A stretch of 64,000 bases of DNA. It comes from Spirochaetia bacterium (GTDB lineage: Bacteria; Spirochaetota; Spirochaetia; UBA9216). Below the pieces are notes generated by a model. It had not been told where the DNA came from, searched no databases, and saw only the letters and a program-made list of their open reading frames with translations. The stretch is taken from positions 1-64,000 of the forward strand of contig CAXXYH010000001.1 in the NCBI GenBank assembly GCA_963677925.2, in the 5' to 3' direction. Positions 7,680-17,335 of this stretch are shown piece after piece (position 1 is the first letter of the stretch; every line of letters starts with the position of its first letter). The position numbers were made by a program, and so were the translations under genes.

Positions 7680-10055
7680 CTATAAAATATCAATAAGTTC
7701 ATAGATGAGTACCGGTTTATTCTTTCCCTTTACCCTGATGTTATCGAGTTCCCTGGCAATAACTTTATCTTTAACCTTTCCGTATGTATTATCACTCATT
7801 ATTATGTTTGTTCTGTACTGTTTATTGGTTCCTTCAAGCCTTGCACCCAGGTTTACATTATCACCCATTACCGTATAATCCATTCTCTGGGCGGCACCCA
7901 TGTTCCCTACAGTCATTTTTCCTGAATTAAGGCCTATTCCAATATCAATCTGCTTTTCAGGTGGTAAAGTTTTGTTCAATTCTTTTAATGCTTCCATCTG
8001 CTTAATAGCAGCTGTACATGCCCTTAAAGCATGGTCATCCTGTTCAAGAGGAGCGCCCCAGAAGGCCATGATGGCGTCACCTTCAAACTTATCAAGAGTT
8101 CCCTCTGTTTCGATTATAATGTTAGTCATCTCAGTCAGGTACTTATTAAGCAGCTGCACAAGCTCCTGCGGCTCCATTGATTCTGAGAGTGTTGTAAAAC
8201 CTCTAATGTCAGAGAAGAATACTGTCAAATCCTTATCAACACCGCCAAGCTCGGGAGGATTATCCATCATCTGCTCAACAACCTTCGGACTGAGATATGT
8301 ACCGAACATTCCCTTTATTTTACGTTTATCACGTTCCTCAGTCATTGCCCTGTAGGCAATGATCATAAGGAAGGTCAGAACTATAGCCGAGGCTGGTTCC
8401 GGAAAAGAAATTACATAATTATGTGCGTCAAATATAAAGCTGGATCCTATGAAAATACCCAGAATGAGAACAAGTGATATAAGCAGAGACCATAACGTTG
8501 GCAGCCTTGAAGAAAGAAACGCAACAAGGAAAATAGCGACAGCCAAGATTAAAGTATCTACCCAGAAAGGAGCATCCGTAAGGAATTTATCCATCAGGAT
8601 GGTATTAAGGGCATTGGCGTGTATCTCAACACCGAACATAAGCCCGTATGGTGTAGGTTTCTCATCATCAGCCATTCCTCTTGTAAAGGCTCCAACCATT
8701 ACAATTTTATTACCCAGAGCCTTGGTTCTGGGTAGTCTTCCTCCGGCCTCAGGAGGTGTAGTCGCATAACCGGAAAAGGAACGTATAGGATAGGTTTGTC
8801 GTTCTCCAGCTGCTGCAAATGATGGGAATCCCATATAATTTATAAGCATTGTACCGTCTTCATCAATTGGAATGCGTATTTCGTCGATATCACGCTTGAC
8901 AGCGTCCTTGGTCAGATTGCCTTCTTCATCAAATTCAGCCGGGCTTGTAATTATTGTGTATTTTTCCCAGGCTCCGCTTTCGACGTTAAAAACCTGTGGA
9001 GCAGGAATAATAATAGACTCCCCTATTGTAATATCAAGATCATCAAGCGACTTACCGAAATAATTACAAGATAAACTTAAGGTGATAGACGGAACAAAGC
9101 TGTTTTCATATTTTTCAACAATGTAATATTTTTCATCCGGTTCACCGTCATTGTTGGTATCAACGGTTTTTAAAGGTGCATCCTTTTCCATATCACTTTT
9201 AAGCTTATCAATAATCTGTCTAGTAAGTGGGTACTCTATATTATGTTTGTTGCCTGTATTATCGGTCCAAACTAGCTGTTCATAATTATCAAAATCAACG
9301 GGATAATCAACATCAAGTTCACTTAATTTAACTGAATCAATTAATTTGCTGCTTTTTGCAACCAGAGCCTGTCGACGGTAAATTCCGTCATTATCCTCTT
9401 TAAAGTTTGCATGTCCGTATCCGTATGTTGAATTGGCATAAGGCGCGAGAGGAGGTTCAAGTCCGTAGAATGACATCATATCAGACCAGTTTCCTTTTAT
9501 ATCGCGTAATTCCCCGTAATTTTTATATAACAGTTCCTGACGGTAAAAATAATCATCATATGTTGTTGAAGAAGGCGGTGTCTGGCTGAGAACGGTTTCA
9601 AGGAAGACTCTTCCATTTTCATTTATCGCTTCATTAAGAATTCCGTCATGCGTAGTATTGTTGTCAGGGTCGGTAAGAAAAATATCCATGAAGATGGAAC
9701 TTTCTCTTTCATCCTGATTCTGAATTCTTGCAAGTGAACTGAGAAGATCAGCTTCCCTCCAGCGTGGAAAAGGCCATTTTCCCAGTCTTTCAAGTGATTT
9801 TAAATCGATACCCACTATAAGGATATCAGGAGATATATTGGGATTGAATTCTTCCAGGGTAACGCCGACTTCTATGTCTTTATTCTGTCTTGAATATCTG
9901 TTTTTAAAAAAAGTATCTAGCATGGAAGAATCGAGCCGTCTAAAGACATCTGTATATTCTGAGACCGCAGTGAACGCGAGTAGAAGAAGAAGACCAATGA
10001 TCCAGCAGAATACCTTTGTTTCAAATATTTTTAACCGTTTCTTTTTTCCTGACAT
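7680..10055 (-). CDS. CHASE2-domain class III adenylate/guanylate cyclase
   Basis: N-terminal TM; CHASE2 motifs (IVGID..SL..LGKWPFPR, GVEIHANALNTIL); 3 TM; cyclase core FSDIRGFT, DKFEGDA, YTVMGDNVNLGARLEG. Confidence 0.92.
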   Translation of the reverse strand: MSGKKKRLKIFETKVFCWIIGLLLLLAFTAVSEYTDVFRRLDSSMLDTFFKNRYSRQNKDIEVGVTLEEFNPNISPDILIVGIDLKSLERLGKWPFPRWREADLLSSLARIQNQDERESSIFMDIFLTDPDNNTTHDGILNEAINENGRVFLETVLSQTPPSSTTYDDYFYRQELLYKNYGELRDIKGNWSDMMSFYGLEPPLAPYANSTYGYGHANFKEDNDGIYRRQALVAKSSKLIDSVKLSELDVDYPVDFDNYEQLVWTDNTGNKHNIEYPLTRQIIDKLKSDMEKDAPLKTVDTNNDGEPDEKYYIVEKYENSFVPSITLSLSCNYFGKSLDDLDITIGESIIIPAPQVFNVESGAWEKYTIITSPAEFDEEGNLTKDAVKRDIDEIRIPIDEDGTMLINYMGFPSFAAAGERQTYPIRSFSGYATTPPEAGGRLPRTKALGNKIVMVGAFTRGMADDEKPTPYGLMFGVEIHANALNTILMDKFLTDAPFWVDTLILAVAIFLVAFLSSRLPTLWSLLISLVLILGIFIGSSFIFDAHNYVISFPEPASAIVLTFLMIIAYRAMTEERDKRKIKGMFGTYLSPKVVEQMMDNPPELGGVDKDLTVFFSDIRGFTTLSESMEPQELVQLLNKYLTEMTNIIIETEGTLDKFEGDAIMAFWGAPLEQDDHALRACTAAIKQMEALKELNKTLPPEKQIDIGIGLNSGKMTVGNMGAAQRMDYTVMGDNVNLGARLEGTNKQYRTNIIMSDNTYGKVKDKVIARELDNIRVKGKNKPVLIYELIDIL

Positions 10056-10114
10056 AAAGGGTTCTCCTGACTAATTATGTCAAAAAAATACGCAAAATAA
10101 AAGCATTTTTTAAC

Positions 10115-10151
10115 AAAAAAAGAGCTGACAATGAATAGTCAATGTCAGCTC
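10115..10151 (-). terminator. Intrinsic terminator after the TPR gene at 10174-10872
   Basis: GAGCTGACA/TGTCAGCTC stem followed by a 7-U run on the minus strand. Confidence 0.8.
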
Positions 10152-10173
10152 ATCTCTGAATAGGTATTTTAAT

Positions 10174-10872
10174 TTATTTATTTAACTGTATTAGTCTGGT
10201 ATGTGCAAAATCGGTCCAGCCATTGGATGGAAATTCGTCTATAAGACTGTTGTAGTACTCAACCGCCTTGTCAATGTCTCCAGAAGCCTCATAGAGTCTA
10301 CCGAGTGAAAGAATAGCTCTTGGTGCATCAGCATAGGTATCACTGTAGTTCTCTGCTATATTCTGGTACATTCCGATTGCTTTTTCATCATTTCCTGAAT
10401 TTTCATAGGATATTGCAGCAAGCATGATTGAAACAGGTGCAAGGTAACTCTTTTTGTTTACCTCTGAGGATTTAACATAGTAATCTGCAGCCTCATCATA
10501 TTTTTCCGCTGCCGATTTCATATTTCCTGAGAGAAAATAGGCCTTTTGTGCTGCATAACTGCCTTTATACTCGGAAATAAGTGTTTCTGCATCAGCAATA
10601 ATTTCCTGTTCCAGCGCAGTTTTATCTGCTTCCTCTTCATCTGTGAAAGACTGCCACTCAACATATTTTTCCTGAAGTGCTTCAACACTTAAAGCCGCTT
10701 CATTATTTCTCTTTTCGGAAAGGTTTGTAATTACAGCTGAAACGATTACCGCAACAAAAATAACTGCAAGCAGGATAATCAGTAGCTTTTTGTTTTTTTC
10801 AAGAAAGGATGATAATCCATTTAAAAATTTCTGTTTGCCGCTAAGTTCTTTAGCATTTTTCGAAGTCGCCAT
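10174..10872 (-). CDS. Membrane-anchored TPR protein, YfgM-like
   Basis: Single N-terminal TM followed by TPR-like helices (YLAPVSIMLAA, ILSLGRLYE). Confidence 0.75.
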   Translation of the reverse strand: MATSKNAKELSGKQKFLNGLSSFLEKNKKLLIILLAVIFVAVIVSAVITNLSEKRNNEAALSVEALQEKYVEWQSFTDEEEADKTALEQEIIADAETLISEYKGSYAAQKAYFLSGNMKSAAEKYDEAADYYVKSSEVNKKSYLAPVSIMLAAISYENSGNDEKAIGMYQNIAENYSDTYADAPRAILSLGRLYEASGDIDKAVEYYNSLIDEFPSNGWTDFAHTRLIQLNK

Positions 10873-10906
10873 TTTATCTAAAAATTCTCCTTTGGTGTAT
10901 TATATA

Positions 10907-12415
10907 TCAAGAATTGATTATTTCAAGTTCCCTTAACAATTTAGACAGATATGTTCTCTGTATACCAAGAGTTTTTGCAGTCTCGGTTTGATTCCAGCCA
11001 TGGTTTTCTAAAGTACTTTTGATAAAGTGCTTTTTGAATGTATTTACTGCATCTTTAAGGCTGCTCTTATCATAATCTCCGGCCTGATCTGCATTATTAA
11101 ATAAAAGCAGGTGCTGAGGTTTAATAAAATCTTCATCACAGATAACTACAGATCGTTCAATTACATTTTCAAGTTCCCTGACATTGCCGGGCCATGCATA
11201 ACTCATCAGTGCATCCAGAGCTTCATTAGAGAACTCTTTTATTCTCTTTTTAAGCTCACGGTTGAACTTTTTAAGAAAAAAGGAAGACAATTCGGGAATA
11301 TCTTCCACACGCTCTCTTAACGGCGGAACATAAAAAGGAAGCACATTAAGTCTGTAATATAAATCTCTTCTGAACTCGCCAAGTTCAATAAGCTTTTCAA
11401 TATCTTTATTTGTTGCAGCAAGAACCCTTACGTCAACAGTAGTGGGTTCACTGGCTCCGACTTTTTCAAAAACCATGTGCTGTAAAACTCTCAATAGTTT
11501 GCTTTGAAGATTCAGAGGCATATCGCCTATTTCATCAAGAAAAATTGTACCCCCGTCCGCCAGTTCAAAGCGGCCGCGTCTGTCATTAGTTGCATCTGTG
11601 AAGGCACCCTTAACATGACCGAAAAGCTCACTTTCAAGAAGATGTTCAGGAAGAGCCGCACAGTTTATCCTGATAAAAGGACCATCTGCTCTTTTGCTGT
11701 TTAGGTGTATCTGCTCAGCAAAGAGTTCTTTACCTGCGCCGCTTTCACCAAGAATAAGTACCGATGAATCTGTCGATGCAATCTTCTCTGCAAGTTCCAG
11801 TTTTTCTTTAATTATTCTGCTGCCGTGAATAAATGGATGATATCCTTTTTCCACATTGATTTTATCCTGCAGCCTGATAATTTCATCAGTAAGGCGCTGG
11901 TAGGATCTTGCGTTCTGAATAGCCAGTGCCGCCTGAACAGCAAAGCGTTCAAGCCATACAAGATCATCATTGGTAAAATTCTGCTGATCCAGTCTGTTAA
12001 TAATTTCTATAACACCGACACAGCGGTCTTTAATACGCATAGGTACAGCCAGAATCGACGTTGTAGCATATCCTGTCTGCGAATCGATGCCCTTGAAGTG
12101 TCTTTCGTCTTTATCAACATCATTTACTATCAGACTTTTATTATGTTTCGCCACCCATCCGGCTATGCCCTCACCTACTTTAACTGAAAATTTTTGAACT
12201 TCAGGCCCCTTTGGTCCAAGCGAGATTTCAAAATATAGTCTGTCATTTTCAGGATTCAATAAAAGGATGGATGAAGATTCACCGTTTGTCAGGCGGGAGG
12301 CAGCCTCCAGTATATGTGTTAAAAGCGCCTTGTCATCAGCATAATCGGAATTAATAAGAGTGTTAATTTCGATTAGTGTTTCAAGGCGCTCAACATCAAT
12401 GGACGCTGCCTGCAT
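10907..12415 (-). CDS. Sigma-54-dependent enhancer-binding protein (GAF + AAA+ + Fis HTH, NifA-like architecture)
   Basis: GAF (GEGIAGWV, SILAVPM), Walker A GESGAGKE, ESELFGH.KGAFTDA, FLDEIG, WPGNVRELEN and a C-terminal HTH. Confidence 0.92.
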   Translation of the reverse strand: MQAASIDVERLETLIEINTLINSDYADDKALLTHILEAASRLTNGESSSILLLNPENDRLYFEISLGPKGPEVQKFSVKVGEGIAGWVAKHNKSLIVNDVDKDERHFKGIDSQTGYATTSILAVPMRIKDRCVGVIEIINRLDQQNFTNDDLVWLERFAVQAALAIQNARSYQRLTDEIIRLQDKINVEKGYHPFIHGSRIIKEKLELAEKIASTDSSVLILGESGAGKELFAEQIHLNSKRADGPFIRINCAALPEHLLESELFGHVKGAFTDATNDRRGRFELADGGTIFLDEIGDMPLNLQSKLLRVLQHMVFEKVGASEPTTVDVRVLAATNKDIEKLIELGEFRRDLYYRLNVLPFYVPPLRERVEDIPELSSFFLKKFNRELKKRIKEFSNEALDALMSYAWPGNVRELENVIERSVVICDEDFIKPQHLLLFNNADQAGDYDKSSLKDAVNTFKKHFIKSTLENHGWNQTETAKTLGIQRTYLSKLLRELEIINS

Positions 12416-12438
12416 AGGTTTTACCGTCCTGTCAGTTT

Positions 12439-14157
12439 TTATTCTTCGTCGAGATTTATTTTATCTTTAAGCATGTCGCCGAGTGTAAAGTTTCCTTCCT
12501 CTTCACTGTCATGAATGTATTTGGAAAGTTCTTCACGCTGAAGACTCTTCTGGTATTCCCTTATAGAAAGTGAAAGTCTCTGTGCATCAGCTTTGATTTC
12601 AGTAACAAGTGCTTTAACCTTATCACCTACATTGAACTTCTTTAGAAGTTCTTCGTCTGATATTTCTCTGTTGGGGTTTTCAGCAAGATTATACTTGTTG
12701 ATAAGACCTTCAATACCGCCGGGAACTTTTACAAAAATACCAAAGTCGGTAACATTGGTGACTTCGCCTTCAATAAGACTTCCTCTAGGATAGGTTTTCT
12801 TAAGCTGATCCCATGGGTCGTCTGAAAGCTGTTTAACACCAAGCCTTACACGCTTGTTTTCACTGTCAACAGATATAACTGATGCTTCAATTTCCTCGCC
12901 TTCTTTGAGAACTGAAGAAGCATTTTTAATCTTCTTTGTCCAGGAAAGATCATCTATATGAAGGAAGGCATCAATACCTTCTTCAAGTTCAATGAATGCA
13001 CCGGAATTGGTAACTTTCTTGATAGTTTTTTTAAGAACCATTCCAACAGGGAATTTCTCTGCAATTGAATCCCAGGGATTCGGTAGAACCTGCTTGAGTC
13101 CAAGTGAAATACGTCCCTCATCAAGGTTGAAAGCAAGTATTTTGGCTTCTACTTCATCACCGATGGAAACAACTTCTTTCGGATGATTAACTCTCTTGGT
13201 CCATGAAAGTTCTGAAATATGTGCCAGGCCTTCAATACCTTCTTCTATTTCAATAAAAGCACCGAAATCTGTAAGCTTTGTGACCTTGCCCTTGATGACA
13301 TCATCGATATGGTATCTGTGCTCAAAGGTGTTCCATGGATTATCTGTAAAATGTTTAAGCGAAAGGTTTATTTTCTTATCTTCCGGATCAATCTTGATTA
13401 CCTTAAGCTTGATAACCTGACCCTTCTTTACATAATCTTTCGGCTTTGTAACATGTCCCCAGCTCATATCATTGATATGAAGAAGTCCGTCAAAACCACC
13501 CAGATCTATGAATGCTCCGAAAGAAGTGAAGCTTTTAACTGAACCTTCAACTTCATCACCGATAGTTGTGTTTTCAAAGAAATCTTTCTTGGCTTTTTCA
13601 GCAGCTTTTTCAAGATACTGTCTTCTTGAAACGACTATTCTTGCCCGTGAAGAAGTACTGAATTTGTCAATGAGAAACTTTGACTTAAGATTGAGGTATT
13701 CTTCCGGTGTTTCTACTCTGATTGTGTCAATTTTTGAAATCGGGTTGAAAGCCTTTACATCAAACCCCAGATCAACTTCAAAACCACCCTTGATAACCTT
13801 GCATACTGTTCCTTCAATGGGTGTTTCATTCTCTGAAGCTTCTTTCAGGTTTTTCCAGAATACCTGACTGTCGGCTTTTTTCTTGGAAACGACAACCTGG
13901 CCGCCTCTTCCTTCTTTCTTAATCAGTACAACACTGACCTTATCCCCAATTTCTGGTTTATTTTCAAATTCTTCAAGGGAGATTTTGCCTTCTGATTTAT
14001 AGCCTACGTCTATAAAAACCTGTTCGGGGGTAATCTCTATTACTGTACCCTCAATCAGGGCCCCTTCTTCGATATCTTCGAAGTTCTTCAGATATTCTTC
14101 CTGAAGGGTCATGTTGTTATTGTCGGCGGTAACATCTCTGTCTGTCATAAGCGGCAA
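12439..14157 (-). CDS. rpsA: 30S ribosomal protein S1
   Basis: Six S1 repeats (FGAFIDLGGFDGLLHI etc.); TTG start with AGGAG SD. Confidence 0.97.
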   Translation of the reverse strand: MPLMTDRDVTADNNNMTLQEEYLKNFEDIEEGALIEGTVIEITPEQVFIDVGYKSEGKISLEEFENKPEIGDKVSVVLIKKEGRGGQVVVSKKKADSQVFWKNLKEASENETPIEGTVCKVIKGGFEVDLGFDVKAFNPISKIDTIRVETPEEYLNLKSKFLIDKFSTSSRARIVVSRRQYLEKAAEKAKKDFFENTTIGDEVEGSVKSFTSFGAFIDLGGFDGLLHINDMSWGHVTKPKDYVKKGQVIKLKVIKIDPEDKKINLSLKHFTDNPWNTFEHRYHIDDVIKGKVTKLTDFGAFIEIEEGIEGLAHISELSWTKRVNHPKEVVSIGDEVEAKILAFNLDEGRISLGLKQVLPNPWDSIAEKFPVGMVLKKTIKKVTNSGAFIELEEGIDAFLHIDDLSWTKKIKNASSVLKEGEEIEASVISVDSENKRVRLGVKQLSDDPWDQLKKTYPRGSLIEGEVTNVTDFGIFVKVPGGIEGLINKYNLAENPNREISDEELLKKFNVGDKVKALVTEIKADAQRLSLSIREYQKSLQREELSKYIHDSEEEGNFTLGDMLKDKINLDEE

Positions 14158-14179
14158 CTATCTCCTAAAACCTGTTATT

Positions 14180-14812
14180 TCATCTCTGAATTTTATGTAA
14201 TACTTTCTCACAAACTTCATCTATGGTCAAGTCCGATGTGTTCAAATATATGGCATCCTCGGCTAATTTAAGACTCCCCACAGGTTTGTTTTTATCTATT
14301 TCATCACGTTCTCTTATAGAGTTTATAAGCTCTTCCAGTGATTGGGAACTGGTTCCCTGTTTATAGCGGCGGCCGGCCCTGACTTCAATTGAAGCATCCA
14401 TATAAAACTTGAAATCTGCATCCGGAAAAACGACTGTTGAGATATCACGGCCTTCAACAACTACATCCATGCCTGATGCCGTTTTACGGAGAGCATCGGT
14501 AACGATGCTTCTAACATCAACTATCGCAGAATGTGTGGCTACCCACTTATCAACGGCATCAGTGTGAAGCTGAGTTTCTACATTAATTCCATCAAGGTGA
14601 AGCTTTTTATCTTTTATTTCAATGCTTATATGTTTCGCATTCTCAGTAATTGCAGTCTTATCTGTCAGTTCAAGATTCTTTGTAATGGCTGAAAGTGTTA
14701 CCGCCCTGTAAAAATTTCCAGAATTCAGGTAAAAAAATCCGGATTTTTCCGCTATTTTTTTAGCTATGGTGCTTTTACCGACGCCGGCAGGACCGTCGAG
14801 TGCTATAATCAA
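14180..14812 (-). CDS. cmk: Cytidylate kinase
   Basis: IALDGPAGVGKST and VVEGRDI.TVVFPDA. Confidence 0.96.
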   Translation of the reverse strand: MIIALDGPAGVGKSTIAKKIAEKSGFFYLNSGNFYRAVTLSAITKNLELTDKTAITENAKHISIEIKDKKLHLDGINVETQLHTDAVDKWVATHSAIVDVRSIVTDALRKTASGMDVVVEGRDISTVVFPDADFKFYMDASIEVRAGRRYKQGTSSQSLEELINSIRERDEIDKNKPVGSLKLAEDAIYLNTSDLTIDEVCEKVLHKIQR

Positions 14813-15534
14813 TTTCCGTCTCCTGCTCTCAGAAGCCTTGATACTTCCTTATCGTTTAAATATCTGTATTCACCGGGTTTTATGCCCTTGATTGAAATGT
14901 TTCCAATCATAATTCTGTGCAGTTTTTTAATCTTGTATAGACGTGAGGCAAAGAGGTTTCTTATTTCCCGGTTTTTACCTTCAGCAAGAGTGACTTCAAC
15001 CTTGTATGGTGATTTTTTTGAAAAATCACTGATTTGGTATTTAATACCTTTTACCCGGACACCCTTTTTCCACTCTTCAAGATCCTCCTCCTTGATTTCC
15101 TCTCTTGTTTCAATCAGGTAGGTTTTCAGGACACCGGAAGACGGATGAGTAATTACCTTGGTAAATTCGCCGTCATTGGTAAAAAGAATCAGTCCGGAAG
15201 ACATATAATCAAGACGTCCTACATTATATATTCTGCCGGGCCAGGCATTCTTTACGAGGTCGAGTGCTGTCGGACGTCCGTCAGGATCATCTGAAGTGCA
15301 TACATAACGTATGGGTTTATTCAGTGCAAGATATATTTTTTTCTTTGCCGGATATACCGGTCTTCCATCGAAAGATACTGAATCATCAGTAATTTTTATG
15401 CCCTGTTCCCGCACGATCTTGCCGTTTACAGAAACTCTTCCCTGTGAAATAAATTCTTCACATTTACGCCTGGAACCTATTCCGGAATGAGCCAGATATA
15501 CCTGCAGTCTTATTGCTTCTTTATTGTCATCCAT
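14809..15534 (-). CDS. rluB: RsuA/RluB-family pseudouridine synthase
   Basis: S4 domain (GIGSRRKCE), VGRLD catalytic motif, EGKNREIR; scpAB-rluB-cmk context. Confidence 0.88.
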   Translation of the reverse strand: MDDNKEAIRLQVYLAHSGIGSRRKCEEFISQGRVSVNGKIVREQGIKITDDSVSFDGRPVYPAKKKIYLALNKPIRYVCTSDDPDGRPTALDLVKNAWPGRIYNVGRLDYMSSGLILFTNDGEFTKVITHPSSGVLKTYLIETREEIKEEDLEEWKKGVRVKGIKYQISDFSKKSPYKVEVTLAEGKNREIRNLFASRLYKIKKLHRIMIGNISIKGIKPGEYRYLNDKEVSRLLRAGDGN

Positions 15535-16066
15535 TTAATTCAAACCTGTCACTTTGGACATCATCCAGTTTCGGCAGATCGGATATACTGCCGAGTCCGA
15601 ATGTTTTTAAAAATTCTTTAGTAGTTCCGTATTGAACCGGTTTACCCGGTACATCCTTCTTACCTACTACTTTAATAAGAGTTCTTTCACTGAGTATCCG
15701 CATCATATTGTCGGCTGAAACTCCCCTGATATTCTCAATTTCAGCCTTTGTAATAGGCTGTGAATAAGCAATGATTGCCAGTGTTTCCATTGCGGCTCTG
15801 GAGAGTCTTTTATCGTTTTTCTGCCCGTATCTCTCTTTTAGATAATCCCAAAGCTCACCTTTAGGGGTCAGCAGATATCCTCCGGCAAACTCAATCAGAT
15901 CAAGTCCGTTTCCTTCTGACTTGTATTTTTCTTCAAGCTTTTCGAGAGCTTTTAAAATCAAATCTTCCGGAAGATCTGTAATCTTCTTGATGGTTTTAAT
16001 TTCAACCGGATCTGATTCAAGAAAAAGGACTGCTTCTATAAGCGCCATTTCACTAAGCAGTTCCAT
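15527..16066 (-). CDS. scpB: SMC-Scp complex subunit ScpB
   Basis: LSRAAMETLAIIAYSQPITKAEIENIRGV and YGTTKEFL..FGL. Confidence 0.96.
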   Translation of the reverse strand: MELLSEMALIEAVLFLESDPVEIKTIKKITDLPEDLILKALEKLEEKYKSEGNGLDLIEFAGGYLLTPKGELWDYLKERYGQKNDKRLSRAAMETLAIIAYSQPITKAEIENIRGVSADNMMRILSERTLIKVVGKKDVPGKPVQYGTTKEFLKTFGLGSISDLPKLDDVQSDRFELNG

Positions 16067-16823
16067 CTAGCGGTTCCTCCTGCACTTCGGGTTCTTCGCG
16101 TTTCTTAATAAGTATGTCTCCGAAAAGTTTGTTCTGCAGTATAGTAATTCTTTTCTGTTTTACCGATTCAAGAACGGCAAGAAAGGCACAGACGACATCA
16201 AGAATCGAATTTTCACGTACGAGCAGTTCCGAGAACAGGAACTCTTCCCTTGCTTCGAAATACTCATACATCAGACTTATCTTTTCATTGATGCTTACTT
16301 CTTCGTATAAATCAAGAATACGCTCTGATGATAATGAAGTAATAATATTTGAGAAAGTCTGAAAAAGATCCCATACATCAACCTGCTCCCATAGACTGTC
16401 ATCCTGCGGGAAAGGAAGCGTTCGCTGTTTTCTTGTCCGCTCAATCCGCCATTCCGATTCAGCTTCTTTTTCAGCCATAAGATCGGAGATCTTTTTGAAT
16501 TTCTGATATTCAATAAGCCGCTCGACAAGTTCCTTTCTGGGGTCTTCAAGCTCTTCATCGACATCGATTTCAACCGGAAGAAGCATTCTGCTTTTAATAT
16601 AAAGAAGGGTTGACGCCATAACATAAAACTCTGTCAGGTTATCAAGATTAACCGAGACGGCATATTCTATAAATTTTATATATTGTTCCGTGATCTGAGA
16701 AATTGGTATATCATAAATATTGATTTCCGATTTTTTTATCAGAAAAAGCAGAACATCGAGCGGACCCTCAAAATCATTAACCTTAAAATGACTGTGAAGC
16801 TCCGTTTCAGACCTTTCATCCAT
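16053..16823 (-). CDS. scpA: Segregation/condensation protein ScpA (kleisin)
   Basis: FEGPLDVLLFLI, IKSRMLLP, FLAVLE. Confidence 0.96.
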   Translation of the reverse strand: MDERSETELHSHFKVNDFEGPLDVLLFLIKKSEINIYDIPISQITEQYIKFIEYAVSVNLDNLTEFYVMASTLLYIKSRMLLPVEIDVDEELEDPRKELVERLIEYQKFKKISDLMAEKEAESEWRIERTRKQRTLPFPQDDSLWEQVDVWDLFQTFSNIITSLSSERILDLYEEVSINEKISLMYEYFEAREEFLFSELLVRENSILDVVCAFLAVLESVKQKRITILQNKLFGDILIKKREEPEVQEEPLDGTA

Positions 16824-16859
16824 GAGGGTTAATATAACTTTTCAGTTAAAAACAGTAAA
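16824..16859 (-). promoter_or_regulatory. Sigma-70-like promoter 7 nt upstream of the scpA ATG (leaderless architecture)
   Basis: Minus strand TTTACT-N17-TATATT (16836-16831), 7 nt, ATG 16823; no SD. Confidence 0.5.
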
Positions 16860-17334
16860 TACCCTGTTCAGAAAGCCCTTCAATAAATGTGCTGTAAAGG
16901 ACATCGGTACCGGGCTGTTTTATTTCAGGATTAAGTTCCAATAGCGGTACTAAGGCAAATTTACGCAGGTGCAGACGTTCATGAGGAATAACCAGAACGG
17001 GCGGATCAATAATTAATTCATTTCCATAGAGTAGTATATCAATATCGAGAGTTCGCGGTCCTCTTCTGATTTCATTTTCCCTGTTGCGGCCGTATTCTGT
17101 CTCAATTCTGTTAATTTCCGAAAGTAATTCATAAGCTGACAGTCCTGTCATACCTCTTACTGCGGTATTGATGAACTGCGGCTGATCTGTTACATCCTGA
17201 GGTTCTGTTCTGTAAAATGATGCAATTTCCGCATTTGAAAGTATTTTTTTTAACTGTTCAAAAGCGTCTTTAAGGGTTTGCACCGGGTTCCCGAGATTGG
17301 AACCCAGTCCAAGATATACCGTTTTTTCAGTCAA
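16846..17334 (-). CDS. folK: 2-amino-4-hydroxy-6-hydroxymethyldihydropteridine diphosphokinase
   Basis: VYLGLGSNLG, QPQFIN, GPRTLDIDIL, PHERL. Likely TTG start at 17334 just after the recA stop; ATG 17352 is an alternative. Confidence 0.93.
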   Translation of the reverse strand: MTEKTVYLGLGSNLGNPVQTLKDAFEQLKKILSNAEIASFYRTEPQDVTDQPQFINTAVRGMTGLSAYELLSEINRIETEYGRNRENEIRRGPRTLDIDILLYGNELIIDPPVLVIPHERLHLRKFALVPLLELNPEIKQPGTDVLYSTFIEGLSEQGIYCF

Positions 17335-17335
17335 T

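Noticed and set aside
10056-10173. Search for a sigma-54 -24/-12 promoter near the enhancer-binding protein and cyclase
   Set aside because: No TGGCAC-N5-TTGC-like element was seen; a TTGC is present but lacks the GG at -24.
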